Both the position numbers and the translations under genes were made by a program. The notes under the pieces were generated by a model that ran no database searches, was not told the origin of the DNA, and saw nothing but the letters and a program-made list of their open reading frames with translations. Source: Octopus vulgaris (taxonomy: Eukaryota). Taken from it: 124,000 bases of DNA. Within the stretch, counting starts at the first letter, position 1. The number at the start of each line of letters is the position of its first letter. Where the stretch lies: positions 43,544,001 to 43,668,000 of the forward strand of contig OX597822.1 in the NCBI GenBank assembly GCA_951406725.2. Direction: 5' to 3'. Below are positions 1-15,543 of the stretch, piece by piece.

Positions 1-111
1 ATTTGCTGCCGATAAATTTGGCGCGAGTGCGACGATTTGAAAATTTTAGGTCAGATATTGCCGAGGCAGGGATAGAGATGCCTCGTGATAATATCTGCTC
101 GGACCTGGCTG

Positions 112-216
112 TTTCTTACTGACGAATCTATCGGCCTATGGAAGATTGGCTTGATTTAATTTAATCAGGTTAGTTTACCATTAAACAATAGATGAAACGG
201 TGCATCGTATAAGAAA
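112..216 (+). ncRNA. Type I hammerhead ribozyme motif
   Basis: Stem I TTTCTTA(112-118)/TAAGAAA(210-216); core CTGACGA 119-125; stem II ATCTAT/ATAGAT with an internal hairpin; GAAA 194-197; stem III ACG/CGT; GUA site ending at 209. Confidence 0.75.
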
Positions 217-595
217 TTACAGGGTAAATGTTTTTTTAATTTTCTCCTGGTTTGCGGAATTAATGTTATTTTGCGGTTGAAGCTTTGGCTGTTATTTCTA
301 GTGGGTGAATGGCCTATTATGGCCATTCCTTGATTGTGATGTTGAACTTATAAATGGTCTATGACTATTTAATTTTTTCCCACTAGGCCGCTGGTGGCAA
401 ATAAATTCTACGAAATTTTTTGCCACCCTATATTGATTAATTATGAATTTTCTGGTTAATTCCGTAATGAAATCGGCGGCTTATATTTGCTGCCGATAAA
501 TTTGGCGCGAGTGCGATGATTTGAAAATTTTAGGTCAGATATTGCCGAGGCAGGGATAGAGATGCCTCGTGATAATATCTGCTCGGACCTGGCTG

Positions 596-700
596 TTTCT
601 TACTGACGAATCTATCGGCCTATGGAAGATTGGCTTGATTTAATTTAATCAGGTTAGTTTACCATTAAACAATAGATGAAACTGTGCATCGTATAAGAAA
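596..700 (+). ncRNA. Type I hammerhead ribozyme motif (second tandem copy)
   Basis: Same elements as 112-216 shifted by 484 bp; core CTGACGA at 603-609. Confidence 0.7.
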
Positions 701-857
701 TTACAGGGTAAATGTTTTTTTAATTTTCTCCTGGTTTGCGGAATTAATGTTATTTTGCGGTTGAAGCTTTGGCTGTTATTTCTAGTGGGTGAATGGCCTA
801 TTATGGCCATTCCTTGATTGTGATGTTGATATATATATATATATATATACATATATA

Positions 858-1013
858 CGACAGGCTTCTTTCAGTTTCTGCCTACCAAATCCACTCACAA
901 GGCATTGGTCGGCCCGGGGCTATAGCAGAAGACACTTGCCCAAGATGCCACGCAGTGGGATTGAACCCGGAACCATGTGGTTGGTTAGCAAGCTACTTAC
1001 AACACAGCCACTC
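858..1013 (-). mobile_element. SINE family A (tRNA-like head, CORE-like segment), 5' part
   Basis: Reverse complement of the head gagtggctgtgtggtaagtagcttgc...ggttcagtcccactgcgtggca..ttgggcaagtgtcttc, which recurs many times in the window. Confidence 0.8.
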
Positions 1014-1187
1014 TATTTACCCCTTTCTCTCTCTTTCTCTCTCTGTTGAGTGTTTGTGAATATGTATGTATAAATATGTATATATAAATATATAAAGTAA
1101 TATTTATACGTAGGCGCATGTGCGTCGGAATAGTAAAATTTTATCGTTAGGGAATTCAAAATTCATGAAAATAATATACGCTTATAA

Positions 1188-1248
<61 letters not shown>

Positions 1249-1433
1249 TGTATATATATACAGAGAGTGAAAGAGAGAGAGAGAGGGGGTTACATTTTAT
1301 TTTAAAGAAATATGTTTACCGGACGTTTGTAGTTCACTGGCCTTTCAGTAGTTTCAAAGTTTCCCAAAATATCTCTACTTAGTAAACGTCCCCGTGGTGC
1401 TATGAAACCACTGGAAGTGCTACATGTATATAC

Positions 1434-1547
<114 letters not shown>

Positions 1548-2351
1548 ATACATGCATACAAACATATATATATGTATATATATATACACTTATATGTATA
1601 TAGATGTATGTATACATATATATTTTTTTATATATGTATGTATATATACACATACATATATGTTATATATTTATGTTTGTGTGTAGGTGTGTGTGTGTAC
1701 ATTTGTGTGTTTGTGCAAATACACAAACAATTATATGTATACATATACATATTTTTCCGTATATGTATCTAACACATTATGTGTGTTTGTGTGTGTTTGT
1801 TTGCTTTTTTGTCTGTGCGTGTGTGTGTGAATGTGTGTATTTGAAGAATAAGAGTTATAATCCACTTGTATAGAGAAATCATTTACGTTAGAGTAGTCTT
1901 TGTGAAATATGGAAATGTTGCTGGTGTTCCGAACAAACAACTAAATTCTTTATAGCCTCTAAACATTACCAGAGACAACAACAGTGAAACTACACACAGG
2001 AGACATCTTTGCCAGAAATCAGGTTTTTTAAGTTGCCATAAACGTCTGATTGTCGTCTGCTTGTGTTGTCTAATGTGTTTACGTTATATAGATTCGCTGA
2101 ATTAGAGAACATCTTTAAGAAACATAGATTTAATGCACTCACACACGAACAGACATACATGCATACACACATACACTCATGTACAGTGTCTCACGCACAT
2201 ATTTATCTATATACCGATACATATACATACATACATACATACATACATACATACATACATACATACATACACAATACAATATATGTGTGTGTGTGTGCGC
2301 GTCTGTTTCCGTTTATATGTATAGATATATAAATATATATGCGTATATATT

Positions 2352-2579
2352 TACTGTAATCCCACGCTATATCGTGGTTCACTTATCGCGTTTCACCTAT
2401 CGCGGTTTATCATTTAAGCTTACGTCTGTTCCACCATGGTGTTGTTTTGCCCTTATGATAAAATAATATTTACAAATTATAAAAATAATTCTAAAAATCT
2501 ACAAAAGAAAAAGTACAGTGCTGTTTCTGCTTTGCGGATTTTCACCTATCGTGTGGGGTTTTGGATCGTAACAGCCACG

Positions 2580-2581
<2 letters not shown>
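2352..2581. mobile_element. Possible Tigger/pogo-like non-autonomous DNA transposon remnant
   Basis: tactgtaatcccacgctatatcgtggttcacttatcgcg at the start and ttttcacctatcgtgtggggttttggatcgtaac near the end resemble pogo/Tigger termini (recalled similarity only). Confidence 0.35.
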
Positions 2582-2662
<81 letters not shown>

Positions 2663-2713
2663 GTCTGTCTATCTGTCTGTTTGTCTGTTTGTCTGTCTGT
2701 CGGTCTGTTTATA

Positions 2714-3232
2714 TACTGGGGTTGGACAAAATAATGGAAACACCTAGCATCTTAGCATCATAAGTTTGAAATATCTATAAAACCGCCAACACCTTGTTTA
2801 TTTTTATGTTTTTGATTTATTATTAGTGTTGCTTAATATGTTTTGCTAAAATTGCCGTTTCTTTTCAGATATCATCAGAAAAGTATAATTAAAATTCATT
2901 AAAATGACAGATCCATCAGACTTTCAAAGAGATCAAAGTGTTGGTGCTCGTATGACAGGCGTTAGCGCAACGAAAACAGCCGAAATGTTTGTTGTATCAA
3001 GAAGTACTGTCTCGAAAGTAATGACAGCCTTTCAGAAAGACGGAAAACCTCGTCGAAACAAAACTCCTGAAGAAAACCAAAACTTTTAGATAGGAACCGT
3101 CGGACTGTTACGCAAATTGTTAAAAAGTATCACAAAAGTACAGCTCTCAAAATTACTGCAGAGCTTAATGATCACCCCAAGAACCTAGTTTGCACAAAAA
3201 CTATTCACCGGGAGCTGCACAAAGCCGGATAC
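2714..3232 (+). mobile_element. Tc1-family transposon, 5' TIR plus decayed transposase N-terminus
   Basis: TA followed by ctggggttggacaaaataatggaaacacc (TIR-like). ORF 2904-3089 MTDPSDFQRDQSVGARMTGVSATKTAEMFVVSRSTVSKV is a Tc1 HTH, continuing out of frame as KITAELNDH...KTIHRELHKAG. Confidence 0.75.
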
Positions 3233-3520
3233 CCAGCGTTGCCCGGGTTATAGAAAATGAAATTTTAAAACGCCGTCTAGATCACGTAGACCTCAACTGC
3301 TAGTAGCTGAGATACCAACTTTCTACGTAATTCTGCAACCCATGCCAATATGGAACAGAGACGTTAAGGGAAATCTGAAAGCAATGTTTTCAACTCCTAT
3401 ATGTATATAAAGTTAATACATGTTTGTAACTTATTTCGTAACCAAAAAACAGGTACAGATTATTAACAATAAAAGGCCGCGCGGAGAGTACACACACACA
3501 TACACGCACACACACACAAC

Positions 3521-3659
<139 letters not shown>

Positions 3660-5734
3660 CAGCGAGTTTTCTGGTGTAAATTTATTGAAATTTGCCTTCA
3701 TTCCTTATTTGTCACTTTCGTAGAAATCTACGGATGCATAAACGTACAAAACGGAGAAAAGGAAACGACTAGTTTCCAAGTGGGACACAGTTCTCAAAAG
3801 TAACCCCCCAATCGCTTTCTTCCCAAATTCCTATGTCCCCGGAATCTACATAGTCTGAGGTGTATTTGTGGAGAATTTCATTAAAACATATCGATTTTCT
3901 TGGAAGTTAAGACGAATTGAAATGTGCTCCGGTGGTTTTTTCCCCAACACCTCCTAAAATACTTACCCCTCAAAAATTTTGTATATTCAGAATCTACATG
4001 ATATAACACATATTCGAAGAACATTTTATTAAAAGAATATCCATTTTTCTGAAAGTTATGATCATCCAAATTCGGGTTGGGGACAGAATGCTGCATTTAT
4101 GCCGACATATTTGACACTTTTCTCATAGGTATATTTACATATGCATACAGAAATACAAGGGTGCAGAATATAGTAAACAATGAAAATAACTTGATAACGG
4201 AAATTATGTTTCTTAATACGATGGGCAGAAAGTAAATAAATTTTAACGGAAAATAAAGTATTTTACGGGTTGAAGCGAAATGTGTCACTCAGTGAACCAA
4301 AGAGCCAGTATCGAAGGAACCAGAAAGAAACCGTCGACAACAGAAAAACACAAAACCGTACGGATTATAGTGAAATTTATGAATATAATTTTGTCAGTAA
4401 ATTATGAAATTACTTACATCAGTAATTGCGAATTTCTTTCTGTCAGTAATTTGTCGTTGTTTATTTTGTAAACAGCGATTGAAAACTTAGTGAAAACAAT
4501 AACATGGAAATTAAATAATGGCGTATGAAAATTGATAGTGAAAAAAATAGCGTCTGAAAAATGAAAGTCTAAACAAAAGATATAGATAGAGAGATATGTT
4601 ATAGAGAGATAGAGATAGATGGTAGATAGATAGATAGATAGAGATGGAGAGAGAGAGAGAGAGGGAGAAAAGGATAGAGAGATATACATAACGATATATG
4701 TTACGTCACTGACACTAGAAAGCCGGAATTCAATATTTTCAAAAACTTTCAAAGATGTGAATGTAATATAAAAAGCAATATTTAAAAAAAAATCAAATGA
4801 ACAGCCTATTATTTGTCCGTTTGTCCGAGGTCTAATTATTCATGTCATGCATCACAAGTATGAAAGCAATTGGTGAAGATGTTTTCATATGAAAAGTGAA
4901 TACGTACACATCTCTATTATATATATTTCGTATATATATATGTGTGCGTGTGTCTATACAGAGAATTACATATGTATATATATGTATATGTACATATGAA
5001 TATATATATATACTGTATATACATAGAAAGTGCGAGTGAGAGTGTGAGAGAGAGATAATTGCGCATGTATTTAATGAATGTGTAAGTGTATCTCCATGTC
5101 TATATCTTTGTGTGTGCGCGTGTGTGTGTGTGTTTGTGTGTGTGTGCATGTATAAACATATAGGCACATCGTGGCCAAGTAGTTAAATGTGCTTTGGACT
5201 CAAATGGTTTGAAGGTGAACTTCACTGCGTTACATCTTACTCCCGTCATCTTTTACGAAATTCTCCACTTTATTTAAATATTTTCAATCTAATCTTTTAG
5301 ATGGAGACTAAATGAAAGCCCGGCTGGTTAATTATACTTATGCTGTCGGTGATGATCAACAAATACAGATTATTTTCTGCAGATTTCACACACACTTCAT
5401 AGCTGATGAAACCACTTCTTCCTTTTTGTCGCGATAGATACAACCTGTCGACGTCACATGGAGGTGTAGAGCTCCTTCGAGTGTCATCATTTTGCTTGTC
5501 TTTCTATCATTATTTTACCCCTGTATCGCACCAGCACTATATCTCAGAGCTGCAACGGTCCATGTATTGACAGTCAGCATCTTATTTCACCACACTTAAC
5601 TATCTTTTTAACACTAACTTCAGTCTCCGTTTACATCCATTTTATAACAATTCTTTCATTTGGTCTGTTTCCGGAATGTCTAAGTTCTTATACTCGTTGA
5701 GGTCAATTTCCTCCATAGATCGCCCGTCTCATAA

Positions 5735-6088
5735 TACGAGGGTGAGTCAAAAAAATAATGCCATTTTGTTTAGGACAGGTATAATTACCACCACAGGAAC
5801 ATGTATCATACATCAAAATGAAGCTGGTCATCTGTGGATCACATCCCTACTTCTCAATATAGTCATCGTTTCTCTCAATAACAATGTTCCACTTTCGAAT
5901 GAGAGCATGTATACCTGCTCCGTAAAATTCTGTTGACCGTTCTTTGAGCCACTTCTTCACTACTTTTTTCACTTCCTCGTCACTGGACTATCATCTCATC
6001 GGCCCCATGAAAGAGGGTTTGAGAGGCAAACTTCCAGTGACGAGGAAGTAAAAACTGTAGTGAAGAAGTGGCTCAAAGAACAGTCAAT
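5735..6088 (-). mobile_element. Mariner 3' fragment with internal fold-back
   Basis: TIR tacgagggtgagtcaaaaa.aatgcc is shared with the element at 70685. It encodes DYHL..PMKEGLRG...SSDEEVKTVVKKWL; about 5935-5985 is inverted at about 6025-6085. Confidence 0.7.
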
Positions 6089-6266
6089 TAAAAATTCCAT
6101 TCTCTGAAATTACTTATTTACTAAACAAAAAAGATTTTAGAGCGTAAAGGGAGAGGGAAAAAGAGGAAGGAGGAGAAAAGGAGAGAGGAAGAAAGAGGGA
6201 GAGGGAAAGAAAGAGTGAAGGATAGAGATACAAAGTATTCAATAATTACATTCAAATCGATTTTGT

Positions 6267-6560
6267 GGTTGCGAGCTTACAGACTCGTTAGCACGACGTG
6301 CGAAATGCTTTGCAGTATTTCGTCTGCCGTTACGTTCTGAGTTCAAATTCCGCCGAGGTCGACTTTGCCTTTCATCCTTTTGGGGTCGATTAAATAAGTA
6401 CCATTTACGCACTGGAGTCGATGTAGTCGACTTAATCCGTTTGTTCTCTTTGTGTTTAGCCCCTTGTGGATAGTAAAGAAATTGGTACTTCGTCTCTCTT
6501 TACGTTCTGAGTTCAAATTCCGCCGTGGTCAGCTTTGCCTTTTATCCTTTCGGGGTAGAT
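6267..6560 (+). mobile_element. SINE family C (gagttcaaattccgccgaggtcgactttgcctttcatcc core), dimeric
   Basis: Head followed by a second internal unit starting ggtacttcgtc...ttctgagttcaaattcc. Confidence 0.8.
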
Positions 6561-6594
6561 AAATTTTCTACTGTAGGCACAATATCCGTAATTT

Positions 6595-6776
6595 TGGGGG
6601 ACGGGGAAGTCGATTAGATCGATCCTAGAACGCAATTAGTGCTTAATTTATCGACCCCGAAAGGATAAAGGCAGAGTCGATCTCGGCGGAATTTGAACTC
6701 AGAACGTAACAGCAGACGAAATACCGCTAAGCATTTCGCCTGGCGTGCAAACGTTTCTTCCAACTTGCCGCCTTAA
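6595..6776 (-). mobile_element. SINE family C
   Basis: Reverse complement of the family C consensus ending aaggcggcaagttggaagaaacg. Confidence 0.8.
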
Positions 6777-8072
6777 ATTTGAAACAAATACTAGTCCCTC
6801 GATCTGGTCTGTATTTTCCTTTAATTTATCAACCGTGTCAAAGATCAAATTAATAATTATTTTCCATCTTTAAGCCTCAGTATGTGTCTGTCTATAAAGA
6901 AGTCGATGATTTTTCAAAGAACCTTACCAAAATTCTCATAAACCTTACAAATCAATAACGAATGCAATAAGAGGATGAACAGTGAAAATTTTCCAGCACC
7001 AGCCTGTGTGTCAAAAAATTAAAAAAACGCATGTTCTTGATTGGGCTGCGGCAATGTCGTGCATTTTTTGGATGTGGAGATGAAGGGCTATTCCATTATG
7101 ACGACTGCTGCTTCGTGTCACGGTATTATTACTCGTAGACCTAACTATTGTCACCGGTGATGATCCTCGACAGGCAGGATGTGTAATCAGACTTAGGCGC
7201 AATGTTCATGAGAGAATCGCAGGCTACAGCGTACACGTGATGACACGAACAAAATTCACAACTTGCGAAGTAAACACAGAGATATCATTCGGCATACTAC
7301 CCCATGAAGGACAACCGTGTGCAGCTATCTGCTGGAGTTCTACAGAACAAGCCGTATACAAATAGCACTTTGGATTCTATGCGTCGACGAACATAGAATA
7401 TAATTGTCCTTCTAATGATAACTAAAATTCATACGAAAATATGTTTAACCAGACAACGCTGTATTTAAATGAATATCAAAACTATACATTAGCGCCCCCT
7501 CTCCGAAATTATGTGCACATAACTTTCATAATATATATTTTTAACGACATTTTCCGCTATAAAATTTTTCCAACGTCGAGATAACGATTATGAAGTTGAA
7601 ACGAAAATATACTTTATTTATTTTTGTATCCATAATGAAAGATGTTTACAAGTGTTTCACTTCCAAATACTTTGTTTTGTAATCATCTCACCCCTTCAGC
7701 ATTTTTTTTTGATTTGCGAAATTTGTCTTTTAACTTTGACAAAAAAGAAAGTGGAGTTCCGCATGCATGGCGCCGAATACCGAGTAACTCGGCTAGGATT
7801 CACAAGGTACTACATATTTGAAGAGTTGGTGTGTTCTCGGAATCGTTACAATGTTGGATAAATTCTCTTGGTTGTTGAGTTATGTCACTTTTCTTTCTCT
7901 ATTCACATATCACTGTTGTAAAGTGAATTTACATGTCTGGAAAAAATCGATAGACGTATAAATGTACAACTTATCGATAAGCAGATCGGATGAAATATGT
8001 TATTGAAGAATTTATTAATATAAGTTATTGTAGGATATAAGTAATTAACAATTACCATATTGTTCATATATG

Positions 8073-8139
<67 letters not shown>

Positions 8140-8205
8140 TATAGATATGTATGTAGTACATATGTACATATAAATAGATATATATACATATATATATATA
8201 TATAT

Positions 8206-8274
<69 letters not shown>

Positions 8275-8275
<1 letters not shown>

Positions 8276-8500
8276 TGAACAGGTATTTATATATCCAGTT
8301 TTATTCTGCAGTCGATCACGTTTCATATTTTTCTGCTGCGACTTTGTGTAGGCTGTAAACTTTTGCTTCTTGGAGTACATTTTGGTGTTAATTGCCATTT
8401 CTTTGGGGTGGTATTTGCAGTGTTTCGCTTCCTTTCTGAAGTAAATACAAGTCCAGCTCGAAAATTGCTTACACGTGGTGTTAGTATTTAAAAATAGCCT
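8275..8500 (-). mobile_element. Possible decayed R4/Dong-type fragment next to (TAA)n
   Basis: Minus-strand FRKEAKHCKY...[12 protein letters not shown] weakly resembles the pre-zinc-finger region of the Dong copies at 80-86 kb; abuts (TAA)n. Confidence 0.3.
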
Positions 8501-8924
8501 AAATTCGGACATTTTTCAACCCTCCTGGTTAGATAATATATATACATGTATATATAAATATCCAAGGAAGAATATCGATGTTGCACGGACCACGGTCAGG
8601 CCCAGAAAGAAAGAGCGAGCAGTCTGGCGGATCGGTCACGTGGGAAGAGAAGAGAGAGAAAACTAGAAGCAGAGGAACAAAAGAATTAAAGTGGGGTAAG
8701 AGAAGAGAGAGAAGTAGAGAGACAGAAGAATTAAAGAGGGGCGAGAAAAATTGACAGAGATACAGTGAAGTGAAAAGTGGAGCGATAGTGAGTAAGAAGA
8801 CAAGGCAAAGAAATGTGAGAGAGGGGGAACGAAAGAACGAAGAGTGGAATGAACGAATAAGCGTGAAAGGGTTGATAGAAATAGAATCGTCCAAGATTTT
8901 TAGAAATGTGTACTTACATATAGG

Positions 8925-9303
8925 AGCACTCCATCGGTTGTGACGATGAGGGTCCCAGCTGATACGATCAACGGAACAGCTTGCTCGTGATATTAACGTG
9001 CAAGTGGCTGAGCATTCCACATACACGTGTACCCTTAACGTAGTTCTCGGGGAGATTCAGCGTGACACACATGATGTGACAAGGCTGGCCCCTTGAAGTA
9101 CAGGTACAAGAGAAACAGGAAGAAAGAGTGAGAGAAAGTTGTGGTGAAAGAGTACAGCAGGATTCACCACCACCCCCTGCCGGAGCCTCGTGGAACTTTA
9201 GGTGTTTTCGCTCAATAAACACTCACAATGCCCGGTCTGGGAATCGAAACCGCGATCCTCCGACTGCGAGTCCGCTGCCCTAACCACTGGGCCATTGCGC
9301 CTC
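8925..9303 (-). mobile_element. SINE family B (tRNA-like head gaggcgcaatggcccagtggttagggcagcggactcg), full length
   Basis: A box tggcccagtgg and B box gtttcgattcc; body matches copies at 68335 and 116478. Confidence 0.85.
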
Positions 9304-9766
9304 CATACTTACATATAAGAGAACAAAGTGTACGTACGCCGCTATATATATATAATACAAAATAGGACAAGAACGCAAAACATCCGGACAACTAGATGAT
9401 ACAAAAAGGGACAACAAGACATCCAGATAGACGATACAAAAATATATATGTATATGTATATGTATAAATAAAACTTTGTGAATTTAGTACTTGTCTTTAG
9501 GAGGCTGTGTCGAGGGTTTCTATTTTGACTCAGTTGCGACTATCGATTCATGACAATACTTATAAATGTTGTGCTGTGTGGGAAGCGGCATGCCACAGAA
9601 TAGATCCAACGTTTCTTCTCCGTTGTTGTAAAAGGTGACTAAACCTATGAGTTGGAGAGTTGCCGCCTGACTGGTTCAAAGGCGCCATCTACCAGGATTA
9701 GAGAATCAACAACAAATGGTCCATGTAGCGACGCGCTGCAACAGCGCACGTCCCCATAAAACAACA

Positions 9767-9849
<83 letters not shown>

Positions 9850-10929
9850 TGCTGCTGGTGGTGGTGTTGCTGTTGCTACCGCTACTGCTGCTGCCCCTTA
9901 TAAATTTTAATGTTATTTTTAAGGTTATAAATTAAATCAATTTTCTGGCCGAAGACTGTTCATTTCCCCGTAGTAAGCTCACCATGGAGACGTTGTCTTG
10001 ATTCGTACGTATTATTCCGTTGACCGTGTGGTAATTCCAATAAATAATCAGACTTTCGCGTAGCAAAAGAATTTGTCGCTAAGTATTTCATGCTCCAGAT
10101 CTCTTTCTTCGCCTTTTAAATAGATAGACACCGTTGGCCATTTGGAAGTGTGATAGATTTAGCTGCTATGCTTAGGTATCAAAGTGCAGCCTAGAAATTT
10201 TCATATAACTGTAGCTAACATTCACGTTATGTTAATTGAAAACGATAAAAAGAATTGTGGTAATTAAGACTTAGTGGCAATTGCCTTTTTTGTATTAGCG
10301 CTCATAAATATCTTGTAATTTTCGAAATCACTGTTAACACAGCAACGGAAGATTACAGTTCTGGCGACAAGCTTGAAGTAACAGAAAAATAATCATCTTT
10401 ACAATAATTCGATACAATATTCTTTGTTTTGTTGGTAATGTAATCTTAATAGCACATACATTTACGTATATGCGTCTGTCTGTCTGTCTGCCTGTTTGTA
10501 TATAAGTATGTATGTATGTATGTATATATATTTATGCATATGTGTGTGTAACAATACATCCATTTAGTCATGTATAAATTTACGCATATATGTATGTATA
10601 TATGTATGTATGTAAGTATGTATGTATACACATGTTTTCGTATCTATAACGTTACGATACGTCTCGGTCGAATTGTACCAATAGTGTATGTTTTCTTTTT
10701 CCAATATTTTTATTAAATTATTCATAACTAACGTCAAACATGATGTTTAACAGGTAAATAATACCGAAACATAAATCATCGGCGACATTACATAATAACA
10801 TATATCTAAGACAGAACGAATGTCGTGTCTTCATTTCTTTGTTGATGTATCATCTTCTCATTTATTTGGTCACATGATAGCACATTGTCTTCTAAACATA
10901 TTGTCAAATATTTAGCGCCGCATTCCCTT

Positions 10930-10997
<68 letters not shown>

Positions 10998-11130
10998 GCA
11001 TACATACCTACACACACCCACACACACAGACACGCACACACACACAGACACACACACATATATATATATATATGCATAAATACCTACACACACCCACACA
11101 CACAGACACGCACACACACACAGACACACA

Positions 11131-11178
<48 letters not shown>

Positions 11179-11375
11179 CATACCTCTAACGCCCGTTTTA
11201 CTCGTATATTTCGATAATCTTTTCCTTCCGTGCTTTCTATAGTATGTATGACGCTTCCCTCTTTATCTCCTTCTCTCTCATTCCTCCCTCTCTCTCTTTA
11301 TAAGATATATATATTTATATATATGAAAAACGTATTCTAGGCGCAGGATTTTCAATAGGCGCAGGACTTTCAATA

Positions 11376-11728
11376 GGTGCAGGATTTGCTGTGTGTTAAG
11401 TAGCTTACTTATCAACCACATGGTTCGGGGTTCAGTCCCGCTGCGTCGTTCAGCCTTGCTTGTGGATTTGGTAGACGGAAACTGAAAGAAACCCGTCGTA
11501 TATATACATGTGTTTGTGTGTGTGTATGTTTGTGTGTCTGTGTTTGTCCTCCCATCATAGCTTGACAACCGGTGCTGGTGTATTTATGTCCCCGTAACTT
11601 AGCGGTTCGGCAAAAGAGACCGATAGAATAAGTACTAGGCTTACAAAGAATAAGTCTTGGGTCGATTTGCTCGACTAAAGGCGGTGCTCCAAATGACTGA
11701 AACAAGTAAAAGAGTAAAAGAATAAAAA
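11376..11728 (+). mobile_element. SINE family A, internally deleted
   Basis: Head, internal (TA)/(TG) tract and tail gcttgacaaccg...gactgaaacaagtaaaaga. Confidence 0.8.
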
Positions 11729-12342
11729 CTATTCATTCCTTGCACGTTCTGGCAGATTCCACCGGGAATATTCGAAGATTGTTGTTTCTCTTCGGTGAAG
11801 ACGTCCTCGTTTTAGGTGACGTGTATTTATAAGACATACGAGTGAACAATGAACAAGGTCATTGACATGCCGAGGCGTTTCGGCCTCTTTATGCGTCACC
11901 TCAGCTATAACGCCGGACCTATGAATCTGACATTAACAAGAGTCCTTGTTGTTAGGAATCAGCAAACATAATATTTGCTGATTTTTACGGATGCTCGCCA
12001 AATAGATAAGAAATCCTGAGGTGCAGGCAGAACGGTGAAAATCCAAATAATAACGTATCTATTGATACTTGACACGTTCTGACACATTAGAACGTGAATA
12101 TCTTATGACTGTTGTTTAACGCCAGTGGATAACACATCCTCCCTTTAGAGAATCTCTATGCACAATAAATAGAAACATTTTGGCGCCTAACCCTACACTG
12201 GTAAATTGTGAGTACGTCTAGAGGAATAGGTGTTCTCCGATGAAGAAAAACATCAGTAGTTAGATATTCACAGTGGGTTCTACTAGAACGTATGAAGTAT
12301 AAATACTTTACTGATTGTAATCTGTTCTCCTTTCATCATATG

Positions 12343-13421
<1,079 letters not shown>

Positions 13422-13422
13422 A

Positions 13423-13504
<82 letters not shown>

Positions 13505-13505
13505 C

Positions 13506-13571
<66 letters not shown>

Positions 13572-13735
13572 GTCTATCTGTCTGTCTGCCTGTCTGCCTG
13601 CGTGTATGTCTGTCTGTCTGACTGACTGCCTGTCTATGTATGTATGTATGTATGTATATATGTATGTGTGTATCTATCTATCTATCTATCTATCTATATA
13701 TATATATATCTATCTATGTATATATCAATCAATCA

Positions 13736-13820
<85 letters not shown>

Positions 13821-14136
13821 CGGACGTGCTGTCATTTCGGCTCCGAAGGTAATCGTTTATTTTGACTATTTATAGCCCATATTTTGTGTACATTTTTGTA
13901 AATAAGGTGTGTAAGGCACCCAACTTTCGTTTGAGTGCTTTTCCAAGGGAGGAATTCGCCCCTAGGGGCAGTTTCAACCCTATTTAATTTGTGTAATTTT
14001 CTTCTCGACATTAAAAAATGTCGAGAAATTTTATTGTAGAACGCTGGTCGCGTTCCTTTATGGACCAGCATTTAGCTCGTCTGGAAAGCTAGGAGAAAAA
14101 AAGAACTTATGCACGCAAAGTGCAAACCTGAATGAC

Positions 14137-15543
14137 GTGGTAGTGAACGCTGCAACCACTTGCGGTAACAGCCCTGTCACCACTACCACCACCACTAACA
14201 ACAACAACAACGAGACTACTGCTGCTACCACCACCACCACCACCACCACCACCACCACCAACATAAATGATAAAAATGAAACTCACACGAATACTATTAA
14301 CAAAAACAACAACAACAAGAGCAACAATAAAATGAAATAAATATCTTACTATCTCATAGTGAAGACGTTAATATAAAAGAATCAACAACACCAGTAAATT
14401 TCGCTTACACTCTGCGTCAGAAAAAAGAAATAGTAAAATTTACGAATGAAGAGTTAATAGAAACGAGAGCACTCTTTACATCACAAGAGCAGGATTTAGT
14501 GCTGCATACACCTCAACACATAAAGGAACAAATAGAAAATAAGACAATTATACACAAAATTATAAGAAAAAACAAAAAAAACAAAATGAACAGATTACAA
14601 AAACGGACATAGAAAAGTGTTTAAAAAGCATAATGAAAAAAAAAGAATATATAAACTGGGGTCCCCAGTTTAATACAGTGGTGGTCCGCTTCCATAACCA
14701 GGAAGTAGCAAAAGCTCACTCTACGGAGTCTTTGCAGAATGATGAGATCATTATGGTACCTTACTACAAAGGCCAGAGAGTGAGTAGAATTACTATTAAA
14801 AATGTACCCCCTGAGATTCCTAACAAATGGATAACAGGGGTAATCTGTTACCATTTGAAAACTATAGAGGCAGCAGTATACCAAAACGACAATTGGGGTG
14901 GAAAAACAATAGTAGTGACCATCCAGATTGAGGGGTCCTCAATCGAGAACCTACCTGATAGGATCCACTTAGAAAATGGACAAAGCCTATATGTTGTAGC
15001 AGAAGGCAAAAAGCCTAGATGCTACAACTGTGGCAGCCCAGAACATTTAATTGCCAAGTGCGCTCTGGCACAGAAAAAAAACAAGAAAGAACAAATCAGA
15101 AAACAAATAAAAAACCCTTGTTGCCAACACCAACACCAACACCAACACACTCAATTATGGAACAATGCCAAGAAAAACAACAAACCAGCAAACAAACCCC
15201 AAATACATCACCAAGAAAAAAACTACCAACACAATCGCTGTTGACGTCGCAACCAATTCAACATGCTGAACCAACAAAAAATAGACCAACACCAACACCA
15301 ACACCGAGGACGACAATTAAAAAGACAGAAAACAGTGACGAGAAGACAAATTCTACCCCTAACACTACAACAACACAAACACCGCACAAAACATCAAGAA
15401 TTTCTACAAGCATACATATTAACGCAAATGCTTTGCCTTTACCCCTTTCTGATTCGTCGGACGATGAAAGTTCGACGGAATGGCAAATAGCCACAGGGAG
15501 TAAAAGGAAAAGATCAAAAAAAGCCCACCAAACAAGGAAGTAA
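14137..15543 (+). pseudogene. LINE ORF1 (gag-like, CCHC zinc knuckle), frameshifted
   Basis: ORF 14633-15244 contains RITIKNVPPEIP (RRM-like) and CYNCGSPEHLIAKC (CX2CX4HX4C). Thr/Pro/Lys-rich tail lies in ORF 15019-15543. Confidence 0.75.

Larger units (their letters stand above)
1..828 (+). repeat. 484-bp tandem unit (about 1.7 copies, runs off the window start); PLE pLTR-like or retrozyme-like element ending in (TA)n
   Basis: atttgctgccgataaatttggcgcgag occurs at 1 and 485. Copies are near-identical and each carries an HHR fold. The second copy stops at gatgttga followed by (TA)n. Confidence 0.85.

Noticed and set aside
165-182. tcaggttagtttacc, resembling a 28S rRNA segment
   Set aside because: The match is too short and the surrounding sequence is not rRNA.
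11860-11915. Minus-strand CTGAGGT...GGCC-GAAACGCCTC hammerhead-like relic
   Set aside because: The core is mutated, stem II is mismatched and there is no stem I pairing.
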